Shown here one piece after another: positions 40,399 to 54,715 of a stretch of DNA of 64,000 nucleotides; the stretch's first letter is position 1, and every line of letters starts with the position of its first letter. The translations under genes were made by a program, and so were the position numbers. Under the pieces are notes generated by a model that was not told where the DNA came from, did not search any database, and worked only from the letters and a program-made list of their open reading frames with translations. The stretch comes from Owenia fusiformis (taxonomy: Eukaryota): NCBI GenBank assembly GCA_903813345.2, contig CAIIXF020000001.1:19592001-19656000 (forward strand), written 5' to 3'.

Positions 40399-42399
40399 TT
40401 ATATTAATTTTGTCACTGAACCATATTGCAATTCAATAGTATTAATTGACATATCACTGAATTTCACTCATATTTGGTTATTACTATACTATTATGGCGT
40501 TTCAAAGGATTTCATCATAGTGTTCAATAAATATTTTACATTTCCCTACTGACCTTACATGTCATAAGGTGTTTCTGAACAAGAATAATGAATATGTCTT
40601 CAACACCAATCTGCTCACATTGGCTCCTGGGAATTCCCTTTATTATTACTTATTCAAAGTAAACCAGATGAATTGTAGAATACAGCAACCAGTGAGTGCA
40701 GTACATGAGTGATATAACAAATATATTAGTCGTTCATTCTGTTCCATATCCTCTTTGGGAGTTTAAGTTGACAGAGTTACAATAATTAGTGATGTAATGA
40801 CTTACTGTCAAATTTGAGAAGAATCGTACACATTTGAATTGAATTTCCAAGTTGAGTCAATTGTATGAATGATGTAATTTATTACCCATTCAAATACAAA
40901 ATAGACATTTAATCATTTGAAGGACTTAAAGGATATAATTTAGATGTCACATACCCCATTAAATTGTTATGATTATATCAATTGAACACTTGGGACACAT
41001 TTTTTCTAAATTGTTGCATCTTTCACCAAATTGGAGGCGCTTTGGCTGTATAAGGACAAATTATCCACAATCAATTTGGTGAATGGGTGGAAAATGGCAA
41101 TTTCACTGTCAGAGTAAAATGTGTGTGAATCATTTCAACATGTTTAATGTTGGTTTCAAACATTGATTCAAAAAGGACAATGCTCACAAATTGGCGTTAA
41201 TGTACAAATATATAAGAATGTAGGCGAGTATAACACACCTTTTAAAGATTTAGAAGAGTCATTCAGTTGGTCAATAAGTTTTCAGAAGTTGGATAATGAT
41301 GTATAGATTTAGTACATTGTTGCATATCAAAAAGGCCGGTTGTTAAGGGTGGGTGGGTGAGAGTTCCTAACAATTAATGAATTGATTAGGTGGAGTTAAA
41401 TGTGAACCATTTTAGGCAACACATAACAGAAACAGTTGAAATATATGTATAGAACAAGATCAGATCATAATGAAGACTTTGGATTACTTAGCAGACTCAG
41501 ATTCTTTACATGAGCATAGCTCAAATCTGAGAAACACATTGATACTTGGGGTGTTCACTGTACATAAACCTTGATGGAGATTCTCAATGCGTGTGGGGTT
41601 TATTTTTTAACATTTGGTATGGCAATGAACCCATATTTTCTTCAGTTTATGAGTATAATAGCTGTCTTCCCAGGAAATAGGCTAGCTTGAACCTATCATA
41701 GACTGGGAATAGCGACTGGTCCTATATTTGGACATCGATAAACATAAATAAAAGATTCTGAAATGTGTGTACTCTCTTACAAGAAGCATTGTGATAATTA
41801 TCACCTTCAGAAATAATAATAATAAACAGATTGGTCTCTTGTCCATAATATTATAAAGGTGCTATCATATTATACTCTCTCTATCAAATCCTAGGTTGCA
41901 CAGCAACAAAACAATACAGAAATTCCATCCAAAGAATTTGCTTGACGATTCTTCTTCCTCCACATAACGACTTTTCCACCTGCTTTTATTACTGTAATTG
42001 CTAATGCTTTGTCAACATATTGTGAGGTTAATTGATGATTCTTTTAATACTTCTGGAATTATAGACTACAAGTCAATTTGACTTTTCTGTGGAATTTCAT
42101 TTCCAAAGAAAGCCACTGATGACTCTGTAATGGCAGCAATACTCAACTTGTTCATTATTGTTTATGGATTGTCTACTTGAGTTACTATTTGGACTCAGAC
42201 CAACCATTTAGTCAGGGAATATAGTATAGTAATATTATTGCCCCATATACCAATCAAAAGGAGAAAGTGAAAAAACTCCCGGGGGCCCCTCCTCCTTGAA
42301 ATATAGATCATAGAAGGATTTAATTTTCAGTTCCAACATCAAACATTTTCCAACATCAACTGTTTTATAAACCGTGATGAGGGTATTGGACATTGTTTC

Positions 42400-42545
42400 T
42401 TTTCATGTTGGATTATGGTTTGGGATAGTTGGGATTTGTTTTACTTATGACTGGTTCACACTAAAATGTTTTCTTTTTCTTGCTGGTGTTCTATAACAAT
42501 TTTTAGTTTGTTTCCTTTGGCACTTGTGCGACATATTCATGTATT
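42400..42545 (+). repeat. Dispersed repeat family (second family)
   Basis: gattatggtttgggatagttggga...ttcctttggcac; inverted copy at about 35860-35980, degenerate copies at about 43210-43340 and 44530-44580. Confidence 0.6.
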
Positions 42546-45500
42546 TGAATATCAGTCAGCAAAACAGCATGATTGCTATTATGTAACTTTATGACTGCGG
42601 CCATTTTGCTGATTGCATCTCCTACTGAAGTGTGATGAAATGTTACACAATGCTTTCATTGGATGACACATACTGAAATCCTGTATACTTTCCATTAGAG
42701 ATATGTAACTGTCAGAGAGCCTGCCAATATATCCAGGGATTGTAATTAAAATTGCCTTGTGATGTTCAGGTAGCATTGCTAATGTTGCAGATCCATACGT
42801 GACATGTATATGTCTTTGATGTTATTTGTTTCTTTGTTTTCAATTATGTTCACAACTGACTGCATTTACTTTAGGATAAGTCTACTGGGATACATATATT
42901 CTATTTGTGGAGAGATATCCTTTTTGTATTTGTCCCTTTGTCCTGATGTAGTGGGATTATCAATATGACTGCCCTTTTTTAACATAATGTTCAGGAAGTT
43001 CTAAGTTAAATAATCTTTATTTGGCTGGTTTTTTGTGATTTTATTCAGCAGTCATGCCAGTTCCCTTCCATACCTTTTTTATAAATTTTTAATTCATTCT
43101 TCAACATGTATTTTGATGACTTATGGTATGAATGATATGTCCCTTGGTGTTATGATCTCGGATTGTGATACTGGTACTTGAATGGTGAAAGAGGGGTAAC
43201 AACTAGACAGTGTTTCTTTTCATGTTTGGGATAATAGGTGTTAATTTTCTTATGATTGGTGTATTTTCCTTTTCTTACTGTGTTCTGTAACCATTTTTTG
43301 GTGTTTTCCCATTGGACAATGTGCTCGCATATTCATGTGAATGGACTTGGGTCTTAACATTTAGAATCAATAAACACAAGGACCACATGCATCTCGAACT
43401 TGCAGCCTCTTGGTTACAGCACCCATAAAAGTCATTAGATGTCTTTAGACATATATATAGTGTATGACACTCAGAAAAAAGAAGTCAGTGGGTTCATGGA
43501 ATGGCACAATCTGAAGTCACATGTGTCAGTGTTGTTTTATGATGTCACAATTCTTATAGTCTCCAGCTTTTTTGTGGATGGCGTTTGGTGTTTTGTAGTC
43601 AGTGGTTGGTGATTGCCAGTTGATGTTTGGTGTTTAGTATCTATAACTAATGGCAAGTGGGGACATTTTGCATGTTAATGCCTTATATCTTTTTGGAGAT
43701 ATTAAATGAATGGAAATTCATACTATAGTGTATAGCACATTCATCATATCCAAAGTAGAAAATAAAGCCAGGTTAATTATGTGTTTGATATTAATCAAGC
43801 TGACAATTTTCCAATACTGAGGCGATTAGAGAACATAAAGCTTGGTTAGTAAACAGGTACAGTCCTAATGAGTCTAAAATCACACTTGAGGTATTAATGT
43901 TACATTCATTAATTCATCATTGTCATTGTCTTAATGCTTTGCTATTTGTTCATTACATTATGGTTGGTTGCATTTCCCATCCTTCAATATCAATCAATTT
44001 TAAATCTTTGTGTATTCTTGTGTTTAGCTTTTCTACATTTTAATAAGGCATGGGTAGCTTAATTGGGAAGGCATAGGCAGCTTATACCCAAAGAAATATA
44101 GTTCTTTGCATGGGGCTGAGAATTAAGGCTTTACATCTGAAAATCTTGTTTTCGTGTTATATTTTGGTATCATCTTTTGCATTGGAGTATCATCCTTTAG
44201 AAAAAATAAAGTCTATGAAACTCAATCAACATATCAATTTTCTTTAGGATGCCATTCTTTGACCTTTAAGATTTATGTAACATCCTTCTTAGAGATCAGT
44301 ACCCAATGGTGGATCATTTTGGTCTTGAGTTTCAGGACCTCTTTTATGGTACTACATGTATCTGCATCTGGTTCCTTAACAACACAATTTCTTCTTCAAT
44401 ACTGTAATGAGTTCAGTGGCCTTCAGTATGAATGGAATCTCTTGTAGTTTTAGGTTGTGATACGATTCCTGAATGGGGAAGGTTTTTTCTTGATGTGTTG
44501 AATCTGGCTGTGATCTTAGTTTCGTGTTTTGTATTAGTCTCTTCCCTGTTGGCAGTTGTGCTCACGTATTTGTAGTGAATGTCACATTGCAAATAATCAT
44601 GCTGGGCATCAATAAATCATTGATATGAATCATATAGATCACATACCACTATGATCACACAACAGATATATATATAACATGAACCACATTTTATTGAAAG
44701 CTCATGTGGTACTTCAGTTAGAACTAGAAAGGCAAAATGGAGTGAAATGTCCCCTTAAGGAAAATGATTGGTATGTTATTATTTGGTCTGCACCAATGAT
44801 TCTAACTGTCAACAGAGCAATGACAGCTCTCACATATATCTTGACACAATCAACAATATCTTGGCACAATCAGGAGAGAAGTGACGGGAGATGATTTACT
44901 TCTGTTTGGTCAGTCCAGCAATAAATGATCTTGCTTTCTTTGTCACAAGCTAGGGCATTTATCAAAAGCATTGTAACCCTTGATTTTGTTCTCAATTTTC
45001 ATTCATTAATTTACTATATCATGCATAATTGAAATTGGATTCAACAAGTTGTTCCGTGATATTTTAAGTTCCATGAACAACATATCTCTGTGATGGTCTG
45101 CATGCAATCTCGAATTAAGTGAAGGGTGTATTTTGTGATGGCCTTATCAACTTTCTGTGTTATCTTGATATTCTGGTCAACATTTGCATCTGGATGACAG
45201 GCTTCAATATGTTTTAACTAGGTTGCAACCATGCCTGACTCCATGATAATGCTTAGAGGCTTTGTAACCAATTGGCAAACTAATTCATTTCCTTTGATAT
45301 TAAATCTTCATTAGTTCCACTAGATTTCAGAGTCCACGGTGATCTTATAAATCATTTCCTTATCATATGAGTTTATTTAATTTACTTGTTATTGGATTCT
45401 ATAAGTTATGCTAGATGCAACAAATATCAGTTTGGCATTTCTAGGGTTTTTATCTGCACATTCAGACCCAGTTTGTTCCAAACTTTTGTGTTTTATGTCT

Positions 45501-46809
45501 AAACCATATTTCCCTTTGCTTTTTTTTCTATTATTGCTTTGTCTTTTATATAGATGATTTGATGGCTAAAATTAAACCACAAAGCGTAACAATAGAAAGA
45601 CAAGATGACACAAACCATTAGAAAAGTCATATGAACTATGATAAATCAATGACAAGTACCAGCTTACGATATTAATAGATAACTATTAACTTAAAATATA
45701 TGAAAATTCCATTAAAATTGAATAAGAAATGAAGAAAAGAGCGAGCGAGTCACTATAATATGCAGATTCAAGCTTGCACTATTCCTACTCCAATGTATGC
45801 TAAGCAATGTATACTAAGTTCTATAAACAACATAAAACCAGGAAATCCAGATAAGCGCTTTAAGGTTAGCTGTGCCCTCTACTTTGGCATCCTATGCTAG
45901 AATGTCTAATGTGTAGATAACTGATTTCTTCATAAGTTGGACTAATAGACAATTAATGGAAAAATCTTAAACCCTTTAACCTTCCAATGATCTTGATTAT
46001 CTTCATTACAACTTCCCTTCGCAGCATTTGACTTTCATCTTCTTCTGTAATATCTCCTTGTAGACTTTTCTCTTATCATCTTATTATGATTTTATTGATT
46101 GTTTGCATTGCATCGTTATGAAGGTAACGATTTATATTTTTATAACATGAGTCAATTACAGAGTACCTTTTCCTGATAAAGATTTAATGTTTGATTTCCT
46201 TGTTCATTGTTGTATATTTTCTAATTTTCTATAATGTCTGCTGTCTGGGTCATTCTGGCTTTCAGTTATAATTCAAATGATAAAACTCCTGCGGCCAAGC
46301 TAATTGAAATGATGCTACTAAAATACCATGCAATAACAATCAAGTTTTGAATTTTTGGTTTATAACTTGAATAATAGTGATCAGATTTGTTAAAAAATTC
46401 TGGATACATTATAACAAGTGGCAGGAGAGCTCTGCTTCAGAAACTCAAAATTTAAAATAACTGCTCAATCAACTCGCAAATCCATAAATTGGTCTGCATA
46501 AGGGATAATATGTCTACCCATCTCTCTGCATATGCATCTTAAATATGTTTGTTAATGTATTTAAAAAGTTTTGCCTTGAGCTTTCCTCACTGTATTGTTA
46601 AAAGTAATACTTTTTGCACTTATCTATAGTGCTTTAAATATTGACATCACCTGCTTACTGCATTTGCGTTTTGACTCTACATAGTCACAGTGTCTCAACA
46701 ATGAGTACAGTTTGGGCAATTAATAAATGAGTCGATTTTCTATCACCATTTCCAAACTATGGTAGTTTGAAAGCCCAGACTTTATAATACAGTATTTACA
46801 GTACTTTTT

Positions 46810-47466
46810 ATCGCTAAGATATTTTACAAATAGTGACTGCCATTGAGGGCAATAGTGTAAATTATTTCCCCGAGGGAATATCCTCTACAATGTACTATTC
46901 CCGAAGCTGCAGGCTGAGGGAATAGTACATTGTATAGGATATTCCCAAGGGGAAATCATTTACACTATTGCTCGAAATTAGGCAGTCACTATTTGTTTTA
47001 TTATATACCCTATACTGACTCTTGTCCCGTTTCCTCTGCGAAGGCCAAAAAGGCTTAGAAAGCCCCCTCCCCGGCTCTCACTTGACAAACTCAATCGCGT
47101 TTAACATGCGGAATAGATTATCATAACACTTGAAATTACACAGACGTATTGAGCTTAGGGAACTTTAAACACGTTGCTTATATTGTATCGTTCACGCACG
47201 TCTGTCATGGTGAACGGAGTTGATTTGTGTTTGTGCTCATCCTCCATTTTTCTGTTTTTCGTCTGCGCAGTGATGATGCGCAGACGTTTCCAAGGGTAAT
47301 AGAACTTGCAATTGTGACGTCAGCGGGCAATAGTTCAAATGTATATTCCCGCTGACGTCACACTTGAGGGAATATAACTTTCCGAGGGAAATAGTAAATC
47401 TATTTCGGAACACGTGACTAGGTATTGACCAATCAGGATTAGTGTTACATATTGGGTATATAATAA
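46810..47466. mobile_element. Non-coding element with a ~170-bp hairpin and internal palindromes (non-autonomous transposon-like, family uncertain)
   Basis: Stem 46826-46902 pairs with 46918-46996. Inverted repeats TTATTATATACCC (46998) / GGGTATATAATAA (47454). Hairpins at 47260-47286 and 47313-47362. CpG-rich relative to flanks. Confidence 0.65.
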
Positions 47467-49138
47467 GATATGATATACCATTGTATGTAATTCAGTATTT
47501 TTACTTTGAAGGTTAATAATTTCATGATTTTATGGTGGCTCTCTTCTGAAGCATACTTCATTTGATGCATATGGCATTTTCAAGACCAGTTCAAGACCAA
47601 TCTATATTCGGAGACACCCTGTACTTGATCTTGATTCCTAGATCATACGCTTCATGGATTGTTAAGTCTTTGACAAGTCTGTCAGTAGCAGGCACATTAA
47701 CAATGACAGGTTGAGATTTGCAACTAGACTATTTGTCTGCAGGAAATGGAGTTAATCCTATTATTGTAAATTCATTGTCATTTTGACATTAGTTTGCAGT
47801 GATCGATTACTGCAGGTAAAATGGTACGTACTTAGATAGGATATGAAGAGGTCTCATACCTGTCTAAATGTGTGTACTACTGTACACCCATACATTTCCT
47901 TATGGTATTGGGGTTTGCGCATAGACAGTTTGGGTAAGGCTAAAGAAAAAACATTATTATTATGTAAGACCACACAGTTCATTATTAACATGAGACAAAA
48001 TCGATGGAGACTACTATTATGGCTATACAAATGTAGTGTCCCGATGAGTTCAAATTCTTGAAACCACCTCAATCCATATTTGTTTATTGATAGTCAATAA
48101 AGCATTAAAAAGATGTCAGCTTTGATGTTGTATTACAACAATTAGTAATAAAAAATACAATGCTGCCACCTTTTTTTCCTAATTGTACTGATTTCTATGT
48201 TCACTATCAACTGAATCCCAATATATGGCTTTGAGTGCAAAACTTGATAGCAAGACGGGAAATCAATATTTGAGGAAATCACTTCCACAAGACGGAGATC
48301 TTGTTCTGCATTAAGATTCTATGCGGGACTATTGCTTGAGTATCTGGAGGAAACAGTATGCATAAAGCAGGTAAAGATATTTAATATATCAGCTTATCCG
48401 TTTGATTGGGGGTGTACTTTTATTATAAATTGTTCTAACTCTTTGGAAACCAACCAGCACATGTAAGTAATGAGTGGCTTGTACTATTGAAGTGATCGTT
48501 AATGAAGTGATCAGGTCCTTTGAACGTAATTCCTCAAGGGGATAAAGCAACTCACCTTAATTCTATAATTCTCACCTGCATTGATTAATCCTTTGAAGTA
48601 TACATGGTCAGATGAAGTATACATGGTCAGATGAAATCGCACATGTGATAGTGTACTACTTCAATGATTTTTCTGACATTCACACATTGGATACGATTTC
48701 TGAAGGTTACCTAGAATGAAACTTATATGGCAATGCTAAGCAGACAACCAAAACTGGATTAAAATATAGGAAAGAAAGCAATGTTTTCAAAACTAAGGAA
48801 AGTACCGGTAAGTTTAAATAAGATGATACACTTGATGAATTATTGTCTCAAATCTGAGATAGATGGTTGATTGTCAAACATTTTTAAGCAAGGAGTTTAT
48901 TCATAAATACAAGTAGTGACTATGGGATGTGTTAGGAGTGAAGCTCATTATTAAAAGTATGGCTTGCCAACCCAGCATTGTTTGTATTACCCTTTTTGTC
49001 ACATTTTGTTCACATTTTAGTGATAATTAGAAGACACAAAATTTTTAGCTAATACATTTACATTAATTCAAATGTAAATGTGGATCAATATTTCATCATT
49101 TACTATTATACCTTTTTATATTTGATTGTTACCAGTAA

Positions 49139-49499
49139 CAGCCCATTTCACTGTATTGTTGCATCAGTAAAACCTAAAGAATATATAAAAAATATATTCC
49201 TATTGTACATAAATGACATTTGTTTATCTTGGATTGCTTCTAGTTTGGCTAATAAAGTGTATGCTCTCTTATATTTTGATGCTTCTCTGCAATAGTATTT
49301 TCAAAAAGATTAACATGGCTGAAATTCTTAAAATTACAAGAGGGCACAGGCATATTGCATAAAAAACTAAATAATCTGAAATATGCAAATGTCATTCAGG
49401 TACAATATGAATATACTTTTCCATATTTAATTGCACAATGGTCTCCTGATTTCTTATTTTTGGTGTTCTACTGACGAAATAAAATAGTGAAATGGGCTG
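49139..49499. mobile_element. Same MITE family, opposite orientation
   Basis: CAGCCCATTTCACTG ... AGTGAAATGGGCTG|TA; the interior is the reverse complement of 12987-13379. Confidence 0.8.
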
Positions 49500-50982
49500 T
49501 AGTACGCATTGTAAAATGTGAAGTCATTTTTGTATGAATGAAAGATAGATACCAACCAAAGTCTTTTTCTTATGACTATTGTTGGATTATTGAGATTTAT
49601 GGACGATGACAGCAGCTTTGCAAATGGAACTTGACCTTTGACACTCCTATGAATTTTAAGACTGGGCTTTGTCTGTCCTGTCCTTCATTATCTTTTATGA
49701 GTGTTAGAATCCATGACTTTGTTGATGTTTCTTCTCTGTTCGAAATGCTTTTCAACATTTATTGTTTTATCCCAGTATGTCCTATGGTTCTGTGATTCTG
49801 AATTGTGAAAATGGTTTCTAAGAGAAAATGGTTTCTAAGAGAGTCGGGGAGGGGATGTTAAACATTGTATTCAGTAGATCATAGTTTGGGATGCTGGGGA
49901 TTTTTTCATTTATAAGCTCATAAATATTTCTTTTCTATCTGTGATTTTCAGGTTAACACTCGTGTCTATGTACATTATTTAGTTTAAAATAATTTGAGAT
50001 AAAAAGAGATTAGCTGTTGAAAATATCTCAATATTTGGAATATGTGTGGGACAATATATCATTTTGACACTAATTATTGGTAATGGATATAATTCCACCA
50101 TAGCATGTGATACAAGAACCAACTTGACACATGCTGTACTTTGTAAATCTTGAATGTATGATGGCTAGTTCATGAATTGGAAGGGATCGATTATAGTTCT
50201 CAAAAAGGGCAACTTACCATCAGTGACCAAACATTCAGTCTTGGAGATGAAAATACATAATTCTTTATTACCCACACCCTAATTTTTCTTTCTGAAAAAT
50301 GGTAAGATATGTCTGTGAGATAACTTCCTTACATGGGCAAAAACAATTGTACATATAAGGTAGGATCGATCTTTTCAAGTCATTCCAGGCTGGTTCTACA
50401 ACCAACATATTCGCATTGTCAAAATTACCAAGTACATCAAGTCAAGTGGTTTATCCGTACTTACAATAATTTCCATATTGAATTTGTCTAGAATATCAGG
50501 GATCTATGTGGACTTTGAATGAACGGCTCCAAGTGGCATTAATTCCCTGTAATTTACTAATCAAATATCGACTTCTCCGTCATCTGAGCTGACATTAGAC
50601 CAATAAGCTGGGGTTGGCTTCATGCCCGATTTAACATCCTGCTCCAAAGCAAGGGAAACGGTTTACTATAGGCTTTAATGAGAGGGGATTAGAAAAATAG
50701 TTTTATAAGAATATGTTCACTCATCTCGATCTTCTTCAACATCCGCTGTTGTTTGATCAACATATGCGATTTCCAATCACAAACACATATAAGAAATAAT
50801 TAAAGCAGGAGGCTGGGATAATCTGCGGAATAATTTGATTTTATATCGCCAATGTTTCCAGTTGAGTGGTTGCCTGTCCCTTGTTGGATATTTGTTCACC
50901 AAGTTAAGATAAATGATCATTAGTAAAGTGATCAATATCCAAGATTAATAATGGATGGGGCTTCCTTATCTGACAACCCCAA

Positions 50983-52191
50983 ATTCCTACAAGCTTAACT
51001 TAAGGCACCATGTAAGGATTCATGAAAGGTATTTTACATAAATAGAGCATGGGCATGTTCGTATTCCTACAAGCTTAACTTAAAGGCACCATGTAAGGAT
51101 TCATGAAAGATATTTTACATAAATAGAGCATGGGCATGTTTGTATTCCTACAAGCTTAACTTAAAGGCACCATGTAAGGATTCATGAAAGGTATTTTACA
51201 TAAATAGAGCATGGGTATGTTGGTATTCCTACAAGTTTAACTTAAGGCACCATGTAAGGATTCATGAAAGATATTTTACATTAATAGAGCATGGGCATGT
51301 TCTTTTTTCCTACAAGCTTAACTTAAAGGCACCATGTAAGGATTCATGAAAGGTATTTTACATAAATAGAGCATGGGCATGTTCGTTTACCTACAAGCTT
51401 AACTTAAAGGCACCATGTAAGGATTCATGAAAGGTATTTTACATAAATAAAGCATGGGCACGTTCGTATTCCTACGAGCTTAACTTAAAGGCACCATGTA
51501 GGGATTCATGAAAGATATTTTACATATATAGAGCATGAACATGTTCATATTCCTACAAGCTTAACTTAAAGGCACCATGTAAGGATTCATGAAAGATATT
51601 TTACATAGATAGAGCATGGGCATGTTCGTATTCCTACAAGCTTAACTTAAAGGCACAATGTAAGGATTCATGAAAGGTATTTTACATAAATAGAGCATGG
51701 GCATGTTAGTATTCCTACAAGCTTAACTTAAAGGCACCATGTTAGGATCAATGAAAGGTATTTTACATAAATAGAGCATGGGCATGTTAGTATTCCTACA
51801 AGCTTAAATTAAAGGCACCATGTAAGGATTCATGAAAGTATTTTACATAAATAGAGCATGGGCATGTTCTATATCCTACAAGCTTAACTTATAGGCACCA
51901 TGTAAGGGTTCATGAAAGGTATTTTACATAAATAGAGCATGAACATGTTCGTATTCCTACAAGCTTAACTTAAAGGCACCATGTAAGGATTCATGAAAGA
52001 TATTTTACATATATAGAGCATGGGTATGTTCGTATTCCTACAAGCTTAGCTTAAAGGCACCATGTAAAGATTCATGAAAGGTATTTTACAAAGTTAGAGC
52101 ATGGGCATGTTGGTATTCCTACAAGCTTAACTAAAGGCACCATGTAAGGATTCATGAAAGGTATTTTACATAAATAGAGCATGAACATGTT
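50983..52191. repeat. 81-bp minisatellite, ~15 copies
   Basis: Unit ATTCCTACAAGCTTAACTTAAAGGCACCATGTAAGGATTCATGAAAGGTATTTTACATAAATAGAGCATGGGCATGTTCGT. Confidence 0.97.
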
Positions 52192-52620
52192 TGAATGCTT
52201 GGTAGATTGACATGAATGTCAGGGTTAATGTTTTAACATTTCTTATGTGGATGTATTTACATATTATGGTAAAATAGATGGTTTAAGATTGAACATTTCG
52301 ATTAAAGGGAATTAAGCTGACATTTCCACAACCTTTTTCGAAAACTACCTAATGATACAATGAAAAAAGAATGCCCCAGAATAAATAGGATATCTAAATC
52401 ACTAATTTGGTCTTCCAAACCAATAGAAACTTTTATTTATTCACTCCTATATCAAGAGTTGTTTTCAAGAATCAAGTTAATTAATGTATTATTGGTTTCT
52501 CCTCTAGATAAACTCTTTTGAGATTTATGATCATATCCAAGCAAAACCAAAGATAAAAATGTCAGTTTGAGGTGCCATTCCATTACAGTAATTTTATAAT
52601 CAAGATATTCTCAAAACAAA

Positions 52621-52911
52621 TGCAGTTAAACCTATACATCTGAACACTTCTCTGATCTGAACACCTCTCTAATCTGAACACCTCACTAATCTGACCACCT
52701 TTCTGATCTGAACACCTCTCTTATCTGAACACCTCTCTAATCAGAATACCTCTCTGATCTGAGCACCTCTCTAATCAGAACACCTCTCTGATCAGAACAC
52801 CTCTTAATGTGGACATTTTTTGGGCCCCATTTTTAAATCTGCCTAAGACTCTCATGCCAATCTTAATACTCTTCGCTGATCCTGGCATTCAGGTTTGACA
52901 GGTTTTCCTGT
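52621..52911. mobile_element. Degenerate MITE carrying about ten 17-bp subterminal repeats (TCTGAACACCTCTCTAA, 52640-52806)
   Basis: TGCAGTTAAACCT ... ACAGGTTTTCCTGTA imperfect TIRs; similar GTGTTCA-motif relics near 4164-4340 and 56850-56995. Confidence 0.5.
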
Positions 52912-54043
52912 ACTTCATATTTTAGTTGAATATATATTCCAAGCTCAAATACAGTTGGGCGAAAACTAATGAATGTCTTTATGGAATGTCATGCAATGTG
53001 CATGTAAATTGCCTAGTTATTAGGGTAAACAGCGTCCTATCAGGCATTCAAGACTTAACAGGTTACAATGAAATGTTTGAACTTGCCGGTTATTTTAACA
53101 TACATGGCTCCTGTCTCGGAGCTTTAGATAATGAGACATACAATTTTAATAATGGAATCTACTCAAATTGCATTCTCAAAGTCATTATTGCATGCCTGGA
53201 ACTCATGAAGATACATTGATTAATCCACATGAAATCGAAATGAGACATATTATATGCAAATTGAAAATCTATATTTTGTATTACATATCTGATGTTATGT
53301 ATCCTCTGGCCATTATTTAGTTATTTATCAATAATGGGACGTTGTGTAAACATGCTTGAAGTAAGAATATGATTACAAGTGTTTCCATTTAGAGTGCGGT
53401 GTTTGATTTGATTTCTAGGGCATTGCTACATCAATGTCAAGATACGGGGACAAAAATATGGTAATTGGCATTTTAAATTATTTTTTAGCTTCTTGCTTGA
53501 AAAGACTGATATAAGAATAATGGCATTCTCAAAAGTAATGTTTTTGGTCTCATGTAAAAAATTAATATTTAAAAAATAATGGCATTATTACAGTAGTACC
53601 CTGGGTGAAATCTAGTTACAAACTGTCGAAGCTCTCTTTTAAGAAGTGAAGCGAAACAATGCAAAGGGTAGAGCATTTGAACCTATGAATGCTTGAAATA
53701 AGCATGGAAGACCGATTTTAACCCCCTGAGAGAGTTTGAAATACTTTCCTTATCGTCTTGCATTCTTGCATACATGGTGATCCAGAAAACATGACATGAT
53801 GAAATTAAGAGAAATAACATTTTCTATGGATGCACCCTTTCATGCCAAATCACTCAAAAATACAAGTTCAGAGATCTGTCCAAATCAGTAAGTCAGTTTA
53901 TCATCATTTAAAAAAGTATTCCAAAATTGGAAGATAGGATCATGGGCTTTCAAGAGATGTTGAAAGCCCATGCTTTCAAGAGATGTTGAAAGCCCATGAT
54001 CTATTGAAAGCCCATGATAGGATATACTGAGAAAGATTATATT

Positions 54044-54221
54044 CAGGGGCGGATCTGGGAAACAAGAAGGGGGGGGGCAAGTTTCTTCTCTGAGAAAAAA
54101 CGTCGGGCCCCTAAAACCAAAGGCCCAGTAATGACCAAAAAGGCCCACTTTTTGGGGCCTCATGGTCTTTTTTGGCCCAAAATCTTTTGGCCCCTTGCCC
54201 TCCCCCCCAGATCCGCCAGTG
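54044..54221. mobile_element. hAT-like MITE
   Basis: TIRs CAGGGGCGGATCTGGG / CCCAGATCCGCCAGTG; flanks ATATT / ACATT. Confidence 0.75.
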
Positions 54222-54715
54222 ACATTACTTAGAGTTGCATTTTTGTGTTACATGTACTTATATGGTCTTTTAAGTTTATAGAGATATAAATATATGTTTG
54301 TCCGGTAGGAGAAGATCGGGGAAAGCTGAACTGTTGAATAGCTTAGACAATCAATTAATTAACTGATGCAAAAGTTGTATAATGAGCTTGAAGAATTGAT
54401 TAGTCTGCAATCGATCTTTCAAGTCATACATGTATGTTAGTCAAGTTTACATCAGCCAACATAATAAATGTTGTGTTGGGCATGTTTCATAATTGCTAGT
54501 TTTTGATGAAGTATGATAAAGTATGATGACATTTAGTACTATGTATTTAGTACATGTATAACAGATAAAATGCTGAGAATAGTGTATGCATCAAATAAAT
54601 GGAAGTGTTTAGAATTTTATAGGATTTATTTCTTTTACATGTACCACTTTGTCCAAATATTCATCTTTCTCATTCTTCGATCTACTTCCAAAGACACTCC
54701 CAAACAAAAATAACA

